A DNA stretch of 33,296 bases from Methanomassiliicoccales archaeon (GTDB lineage: Archaea; Thermoplasmatota; Thermoplasmata; SG8-5). The translations under genes and the position numbers were made by a program. The notes under the pieces were generated by a model that worked only from the letters and a program-made list of their open reading frames with translations, was not told where the DNA came from and searched no databases. Below, piece after piece: positions 16,267 to 21,961 of this stretch; within the stretch, counting starts at the first letter, position 1, and every line of letters begins with the position of its first letter. The stretch spans positions 1 to 33,296 of the forward strand of contig DAOVXH010000001.1 in NCBI GenBank assembly GCA_030636255.1. The letters are read 5' to 3'.

Positions 16267-18513
16267 TCATGATTTAGATCCAGGATATATAAGTACCACT
16301 GCAACAAGGATTGCGGCTATGGCAATTATTGCAATTACTGCCATTGTAGATGGGTCCTGAGTCTCTGCTTCATGCTCTGAGATTTCCGGATTGAGTGGTG
16401 CGGCATCATCTTCATCAAGAACACCGTCATCATCATCGTCGTCATCCTCATTGTTTCCAATGCCGTCATCATCGGTGTCTGTGTCCTCATTTTCATCCAG
16501 AGGGAATGCGTCTTCAGCATTTTCCACACCATCGCCATCAATGTCTGCATCTTCACCATTATTTGTGCCATCATTGTCAGTGTCCAGTGGCATTGTGTCC
16601 GAGATATCTGGAATTCCATCGCCATCATCGTCCTGGTCCATTGAATTCACAAGTCCATCATTGTCAGTGTCCATTGGGTACGGGTCCTCTGTGGCATCAT
16701 CCAGACCGTCACTGTCATCGTCCAGGTCTGCATTGTCACCTATATCATCACCATCATAGTCTGCCCATTCGGTATCGTCCAGTGGGAAAGCATCCAGATC
16801 ATTGTTAACATCATCGCCATCAATATCCTGGTCTGAATTATCACCAATGTCATCACCATCCAGGTCAGACCATTCGGTGGAGTTCAGTGGGAAGGCATCT
16901 TCATTGTCAGGGACATCGTCATTATCATCATCTTCATCCTCATTGTCACCTGTTTCATCGCCGTCTGTATCTGTGGTTTCATCAGGGTTCAATGGAAAAT
17001 CATCTTCCGAGTCAGGAACACCGTCATCATCGTCATCCAGGTCATCAATATCTGCGGTTCCATCGCCATCAAAATCTTCCAGAACTTCAAATTCTTTCCA
17101 GGCAATATTGTTCAGCTCGGAGCTTTCTTCTATCTCTCCTGCAGGGTCAGCCTCAACGGTTATGTTGTGGGTTCCAATTACCTGGAGCCAGGTAAGACCA
17201 TTTTCCATCCATTCACCTGGTGCAATTGTGTATCTGCTGGAATCCAGCAACTCACCATCCAGGGAAATATTTATCTGGGCATCCACAGCAGTTGCGATAC
17301 CATAATTGTAAACTGCAATTCCAACATGAAGGTCCACACCACCTACCTGGTTACCTGTCAATGTGATGTTCAATGGAGATGCAACCAAATCAGGTAAAGG
17401 CACAGCAACAACCATGAATACAGTATCATTCCAGGCAGTTATGCTGTATGTTGGACATACTGCTGTTATATTTACAGTGAAATCTCCGGTAATATTGGGA
17501 GAATTAATCTGTGCAGCATAATCACCATTGGCATCGGTTGCAACAATCCAGGAATCTCCGGTCTCTGGTATTTCCACTGTGACTTCCAGGCCTGCTGGTG
17601 CCGGTGCTCCGTCCAGTGTCACTGTTCCACTTGCCCATAATTGCTGCTCTGGGAGTGTTGTGGTTGTATTCAAATGCAAACTGGCATCAATTACAGGCAA
17701 AACCACATCAAATTGCGGTTCCGCATATCCAGTTATGCTTCTCACAACAGTATCATTCTGCACCGTGATATTCACTTCATATGAATCAGGGGTGGTTGGT
17801 GCAGTTATTTGAAGACTGTAATTTCCCTCAAGGTCTGTCTTCAGCTCATGGGTGTCGCCTCCTACCTTGATTGTGACATTTGTGGTTTCCATTGGAATTG
17901 TGTTGTTCCATGCCCCGGCCTCGGAATAGGTATGATTTGCAGTTCCATTTATCCATACATCCTGGCCTGGGTAAACTGTTGTAGGTTCAACCTGGGCAGT
18001 TACCTCTGTGTTTGTTGGAGGATTCTGAAATGTTCCCGAATTAATAGTAGCGTTCTCTGGCCACCAGAATACCTGGCCAGTGTCATCTTCAAATGTGATA
18101 TTGTAATTGACATAAATACCAGCCCCCCAGGAATCATCATTCCACCAGGACTTGTACCATAATCCGTATAGATTGCCACCCAAATGATCCATATCATCCT
18201 GGTACCATCCATAACATGCAGGAGAAAACATGGCAAGGCATTCGGCCGGAGTGCAGAATTCATTATTCACCTGGACCCTGACCAGAGGATTATCACTATC
18301 TATCTCTGCATAAATATATAGTTGATCCCCATCATTGCCCCAATCTGGAGTGTCTGGCCATATGAATCCTACGGGATTCTCCGGCACCTGGGTGATATTA
18401 CTCACACTAATAGAATTGGTGGTTGTTGGAATTTCGCTCGCTTGTGCAAGACCTATGAAAAACCCGGACATAAGAAGAAATCCAAGTATCATACTAGCTA
18501 TTCTAAACTTCAT
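16267..18513 (-). CDS. surface protein: signal peptide, beta-sandwich domains, CARDB domain, thrombospondin type 3 (Ca-binding) repeat array, C-terminal TM anchor
   Basis: The signal-like N-terminus is MKFRIASMILGFLLMSGFFIGLAQA. Two CarboxypepD_reg-like segments are present (TDLEGNYSLQI, TDANGDYAAQI). A CARDB-like segment follows (PDLVASPLNITL...NYGIATAVDAQINISLDG...ELNNIAW). Six or more DAFPLD..(E/T)W.D.DGDDIGDN units follow, then a C-terminal hydrophobic helix AVIAIIAIAAILVAVVLI. ATG 18513 lies 5 nt after GGTGA; the ORF track starts at GTG 18522. Confidence 0.85.
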   Translation of the reverse strand: MKFRIASMILGFLLMSGFFIGLAQASEIPTTTNSISVSNITQVPENPVGFIWPDTPDWGNDGDQLYIYAEIDSDNPLVRVQVNNEFCTPAECLAMFSPACYGWYQDDMDHLGGNLYGLWYKSWWNDDSWGAGIYVNYNITFEDDTGQVFWWPENATINSGTFQNPPTNTEVTAQVEPTTVYPGQDVWINGTANHTYSEAGAWNNTIPMETTNVTIKVGGDTHELKTDLEGNYSLQITAPTTPDSYEVNITVQNDTVVRSITGYAEPQFDVVLPVIDASLHLNTTTTLPEQQLWASGTVTLDGAPAPAGLEVTVEIPETGDSWIVATDANGDYAAQINSPNITGDFTVNITAVCPTYSITAWNDTVFMVVAVPLPDLVASPLNITLTGNQVGGVDLHVGIAVYNYGIATAVDAQINISLDGELLDSSRYTIAPGEWMENGLTWLQVIGTHNITVEADPAGEIEESSELNNIAWKEFEVLEDFDGDGTADIDDLDDDDDGVPDSEDDFPLNPDETTDTDGDETGDNEDEDDDNDDVPDNEDAFPLNSTEWSDLDGDDIGDNSDQDIDGDDVNNDLDAFPLDDTEWADYDGDDIGDNADLDDDSDGLDDATEDPYPMDTDNDGLVNSMDQDDDGDGIPDISDTMPLDTDNDGTNNGEDADIDGDGVENAEDAFPLDENEDTDTDDDGIGNNEDDDDDDDGVLDEDDAAPLNPEISEHEAETQDPSTMAVIAIIAIAAILVAVVLIYPGSKS
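16384..17079 (-). repeat. tandem imperfect coding repeats (thrombospondin type 3 / DxDxDGxxDxxD calcium-binding units), ~232 codons
   Basis: Repeated D(A/D)FPL(N/D)...D.DGD.IGDN.D.D.DGD units are visible in the translation. The DNA is GAT/GAC-rich with matching periodicity. The opposite strand yields long Ser- and His-rich pseudo-ORFs. Confidence 0.85.
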
Positions 18514-18571
18514 TATATTCACCTATTTTTAATGGAATTTGTGAGAGATTAAGTATTTCAAATATTAAAAG

Positions 18572-18602
18572 ATGAGAGAGGGGACAGTGCCCCCCATCTC
18601 AT
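18572..18602 (-). terminator. hairpin plus T-run immediately downstream of the 806-aa gene
   Basis: On the minus strand the sequence reads TAA-ATA-ATGAGA-TG-GGGG-gcactgt-CCCC-TC-TCTCAT-C-TTTT. Two stem segments (6 bp and 4 GC pairs) are followed by TTTTAATATTT. The promoter and GGTGA of the 751-aa gene follow. Confidence 0.55.
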
Positions 18603-18605
18603 TAT

Positions 18606-21023
18606 TTAGACGTCTACAGTCCAGATTACAAATGCATCTACATGTATCCAGTATGCATTACCCTCTGCCAGGTCTACCTGAGTCAAATCACTCTCGTCAA
18701 CAATATATGGTGATGCTGCCTGGTATTCTGCAATCCTATCTGCTCCAGTTCCAAGCAATGAGTCAAAGGCATTTTCACCAATTGCTGATGGATATCCAAC
18801 AAGATTCCAGCCAGGATAGAGCGTGACTCCCACCGGGGCTGCCGAGTAATCGCCATCAATGCCTGTTGTCAGGACTCCGCCATCATGGGCAGTCAAGTGA
18901 AGCCAAATACCCATGCTGTTGGTGAGCATTGGCATGTCACTGAGACCAGGGCTATTTCTGCTGTGTGTCCTCCAAGGATGAAGTGTGTCATTTGCATCAA
19001 ACCACTTGGCAATATCCCATGTTGTGCCTCCATCTGCATCTGTAAGTACTGTCTCAATATCCCCGGTCATAGCATATGGGAATGAGACAAATACCCAGCT
19101 TCCTGGGCCTGCTGCTACAGGAATCGGAATGTCATACGGAGCCAAGATAGGTTCCACACCGGAGCCTATGGTGAAATCAAAATTGCTTATATCTTCGGTT
19201 ACCAAACTCTCTGAGTCTGTGGCAACTACCCTTATCCTGCAGACAGACGAATCAATACTTGGTGTTGTCCAATAGTGAATTCCATCATTGACAGTTCCGG
19301 TTGTGATTGCCTGCCATGTTGCTGTTGGGTAATCCGTACAATAATAGATGTCTATTCCATTTTCAGGAATATCAACATCATGTGCATCCCATCGGATGAT
19401 TACATCCTCTGCCTGGGCAAATGTCTCGCCGCCATTGGGGAACGTGACTTCAACCTCTGGAGGTATTGCCGCATTCTGCCAGGTTAGAATTCTTGTTAGA
19501 ACAGTTTCATCATCAGAATCTGCATCGATGGTATCGGTCATGACGAAATAATCACCGCCAAAGAATACTGTCCTTCCACCGCCTGAGTGAATCGAACGAA
19601 CTGCCATGTTTGGACCATTGTCATAAGTGAAACAGACAGTGCCACCTATTTCTGCGGTAATAGAGTCTGGAGTACCTGCACTGGTGTTCACAGGAAGACC
19701 CGAAAGTCCGTCACCAATTGGATCGCTTGCAATACCATTGAATGATGTACCACCGGAATCACCTGCAGCAAATGAGGTTTTGAAATTCGTTTGAAGCCAT
19801 GAGTTCCAGCCATTGGAATTTGCGTCCTCAGCTATGTTTGAACCTGTGAGGAATGCATTACCACCGCCAATCAAATAGTCCTGAAGATTAGTTCTGTCTG
19901 CCACATCAAGTGTTGTGGTATCAGGGCCAGTATACCAGATTACAGTTGAATATTTCTGTAGGTCTGCCAGGGTAGGCATGGTCTTAACATTTAGAAGGGC
20001 TGTATCAGTTGCTTCAATTGTGTCCCAGGTTCTGGCCTTTACTCCAATTTTAACCAGTTCTTCTACAATATAGTCTGCATTGTCATCAATGGCATCGGTT
20101 CCATCACCATTAACCAGTAAAACCTCTGCATCCACAAATTCGTGCTTGGCTGCTTGAAGTATCGGAAAATTGTGATAGGTATCTTTACCTTGTTTGTAAT
20201 CGTAATTTGTTGTGGATTGAACCATTGTAACTGCGGAAATATCTCTGGGATCCATGTCAGGATACCATGCGGGGTCAAGTGCAAATGAGATATTGTACTC
20301 AAGGTGTGTCCCAACACCGATTCCGCCAGGAAGGGCTATAGGATCTAGGATATCCCTGCAAACGCCATTGTAAACCCTGTGATGGCCATATACTTCATTT
20401 GTATTGGCATCGAAGTGATGTTTTGTGGATTCCATTATCACAGTGGTGAGTTCCAGGGAGCTTTCTGTAGGAACATCAGTAAAATCAAGGATAACATGCA
20501 GATTGCCGTTCAATCCCTCGATATCTCCCTCAATATCAATTGTGCATGGGGCTCCTGCTCCTGCGCCAGTTGTTTCCTCTAGGTAGTCGGCTTTGTCAGC
20601 AACATATACATCATATTTATCATAACCTCCAGAGCCCCTTAAGTGTATATCTGTGTACGGGCCACCGCCATCAAATATTACAGATGGAATTCCAGGAACT
20701 GCGTATTTATTTGCCCTAGGAATTACATCTGGAACGGTAAATTCATCAGATGTGTGGTATTCAATTATTATGGGCCCATTTGGGTAATATTCTTCATATA
20801 ATCTTTCCATTGAATGTGTCTGTGTTGGACAATAAGGACACCAATCAGATGTGAATTGTTCGACAACTACAGTTCTGGGAGAAGAACCTGCATATATCAC
20901 TGGTGGCTCGTCAATTACATCAACTGAAGTCTCGCCTGTATCTGTTCCCGCACTCACCAACGCTAACCCACTCATAATCATAGAGATAGCAAGTATGCTT
21001 GCCATCAACTTAATACCCTTCAT
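18606..21023 (-). CDS. secreted protein: Omp28-like/thioredoxin-fold CPYC domain, GATase1/ThuA-like domain, Ig-like domain, and a 176-aa C-terminal domain shared with the S8 protease
   Basis: The signal-like N-terminus is MKGIKLMASILAISMIMSGLALVSA. VVVEQFTSDWCPYCP contains the CPYC at 20829-20840. The KYSTVIWYTGPD...LQDYLIGGGNAFLTG pattern follows, then FPNGGETF...IRWD. The C-terminus ends GNAYWIHVDAFVIWTVDV. ATG 21023 lies 7 nt after GGAGG; the ORF track starts one codon earlier at TTG 21026. Confidence 0.85.
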   Translation of the reverse strand: MKGIKLMASILAISMIMSGLALVSAGTDTGETSVDVIDEPPVIYAGSSPRTVVVEQFTSDWCPYCPTQTHSMERLYEEYYPNGPIIIEYHTSDEFTVPDVIPRANKYAVPGIPSVIFDGGGPYTDIHLRGSGGYDKYDVYVADKADYLEETTGAGAGAPCTIDIEGDIEGLNGNLHVILDFTDVPTESSLELTTVIMESTKHHFDANTNEVYGHHRVYNGVCRDILDPIALPGGIGVGTHLEYNISFALDPAWYPDMDPRDISAVTMVQSTTNYDYKQGKDTYHNFPILQAAKHEFVDAEVLLVNGDGTDAIDDNADYIVEELVKIGVKARTWDTIEATDTALLNVKTMPTLADLQKYSTVIWYTGPDTTTLDVADRTNLQDYLIGGGNAFLTGSNIAEDANSNGWNSWLQTNFKTSFAAGDSGGTSFNGIASDPIGDGLSGLPVNTSAGTPDSITAEIGGTVCFTYDNGPNMAVRSIHSGGGRTVFFGGDYFVMTDTIDADSDDETVLTRILTWQNAAIPPEVEVTFPNGGETFAQAEDVIIRWDAHDVDIPENGIDIYYCTDYPTATWQAITTGTVNDGIHYWTTPSIDSSVCRIRVVATDSESLVTEDISNFDFTIGSGVEPILAPYDIPIPVAAGPGSWVFVSFPYAMTGDIETVLTDADGGTTWDIAKWFDANDTLHPWRTHSRNSPGLSDMPMLTNSMGIWLHLTAHDGGVLTTGIDGDYSAAPVGVTLYPGWNLVGYPSAIGENAFDSLLGTGADRIAEYQAASPYIVDESDLTQVDLAEGNAYWIHVDAFVIWTVDV
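18609..19139 (-). repeat. dispersed coding repeat, copy 1 (C-terminal domain shared with 26449-26976)
   Basis: The two C-termini align end to end. About two thirds of residues are identical by eye, and similarity is visible at the DNA level. Confidence 0.85.
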
Positions 21024-21054
21024 CAATTTTCCTCCAATCTCTTATTCTTATTAT

Positions 21055-21114
21055 GTTAACAAGGAGCAAAAATGAATTTGCGCCTCTTAACAATTGTTTA
21101 GTTAACACGTGTTA
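21055..21114. promoter_or_regulatory. candidate operator cluster: three TTAACA motifs, including the palindromes GTTAAC, AACAATTGTT and TAACACGTGTTA
   Basis: Read directly: GTTAAC at 21055-21060, AACAATTGTT at 21089-21098, TAACACGTGTTA at 21103-21114. All lie in the 209-bp divergent region between the 806-aa gene (start 21023, minus strand) and the HTH regulator (start 21233, plus strand). Confidence 0.45.
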
Positions 21115-21232
21115 TTTTGGCTTTAATATTTAACCTTTCTCGCAGACATTTTCAAAAACCTCAATAATTGATAGACGCCTATGGCAGAAACACTTATATT
21201 TAATAAGAAAATGTGAAGATGGAGGCTTGAAA

Positions 21233-21604
21233 ATGACTGTCGCATGTGAAAAAATGGTAAGGTATGTTCTTCCCTGGATAAGAAAAGAATTCTCCATTAT
21301 AATGGTCAATGAATTGAAATTATCCCAGGTAAAGGTAGCAAAAAAACTGGAGGTCACTGAGCCTGCCATATCACAGTATCTTTCTTCAAAGAGGGGAGAT
21401 GAGATTAAAATTGAGGATGAGAAGATTGTAATTGCAGTCAGAGAGGCAGCCATTCGGATAAGTGATGACAATAGTGGCCTAAGCAGAGAGATATGCCAGA
21501 TTTGCAGATTAATAAGAATTTCAAATGCCATTCCAGATGTGTACAGGCCAAAGGTCGGTGCAGTGGAAGAGTTTGATGAATGTGTCTGTGATACATTCGA
21601 ATAA
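21233..21604 (+). CDS. small HTH transcriptional regulator (XRE/COG2522-like) with C-terminal Cys pairs
   Basis: LSQVKVAKKLEVTEPAISQYLSSKRG is a classic helix-turn-helix. The C-terminal part has CQIC and CVC. GGAGG (21221-21225) lies 7 nt upstream of ATG 21233; the ORF track starts at TTG 21227. Confidence 0.8.
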   Translation: MTVACEKMVRYVLPWIRKEFSIIMVNELKLSQVKVAKKLEVTEPAISQYLSSKRGDEIKIEDEKIVIAVREAAIRISDDNSGLSREICQICRLIRISNAIPDVYRPKVGAVEEFDECVCDTFE

Positions 21605-21844
21605 TCACAATACCATAATTACCAGAGTTATAACCATAACTACGAAAGAGGCAATGGCAATTATTGCCCTTACCCAGTTGGGGTCCTTGTGCCATGGAAT
21701 TTTTATTGGAACAGAAGGTGATTCAGGATGAATAGCTGCTTTCGGATCATTATCTGGAGGCAAACCTGCCTTTGCCCTGGCCTTCTCTGCCTTGACCTGG
21801 GCCTTGAATCTTTTTTTCTGTATTTTTTCTTGGTCCGAACCCAT
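21605..21844 (-). CDS. small tail-anchored membrane protein (hypothetical)
   Basis: 79 aa. A Lys-rich N-terminus (KIQKKRFKAQVKAEKARAKA) and a Pro-rich linker are followed by a single C-terminal TM helix (AIIAIASFVVMVITLVIMVL). No SD motif is present. Its stop abuts the stop of the HTH gene. Confidence 0.5.
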   Translation of the reverse strand: MGSDQEKIQKKRFKAQVKAEKARAKAGLPPDNDPKAAIHPESPSVPIKIPWHKDPNWVRAIIAIASFVVMVITLVIMVL

Positions 21845-21931
21845 TTAATTCACACAAGTAAAATTGCATTTGAATATTAAACTATTTGCTATGTTCATTG
21901 CATTGATACTTTCGGTCATCTCCCAAAGGTG

Positions 21932-21940
21932 TTTATATAT
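21932..21940 (+). promoter_or_regulatory. TATA box (TTTATATAT) with purine-rich BRE-like AAAGG upstream, positioned for a leaderless XPD mRNA
   Basis: The TATA centre lies ~26 nt upstream of ATG 21962, and there is no SD motif in between. Archaeal TATA boxes sit about 26 nt upstream of the transcription start site. Confidence 0.5.
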
Positions 21941-21961
21941 CTCAATCCCCATTCTTGCGTG

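Noticed and set aside
16270-16383. Possible PGF-CTERM/archaeosortase signal at the C-terminus of the 751-aa protein (ends ...VAVVLIYPGSKS)
   Set aside because: In genuine PGF-CTERM signals the PGF tripeptide precedes the TM helix and is followed by a basic tail. Here PGS follows the helix, so this is better read as a plain C-terminal TM anchor.
16335-17305. Long plus-strand ORFs (16391-16759, 16395-16808, 16802-17305, 16887-17195) and a minus-strand off-frame ORF (16335-16628) encoding Ser-rich, His-rich or Met/Thr-rich polypeptides
   Set aside because: They lie entirely inside the thrombospondin-type-3 repeat region of the 751-aa gene. GAT/GAC-rich repeats read as ATC/GTC on the opposite strand, giving stop-free low-complexity frames. 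They have no start context and no independent domain signal.
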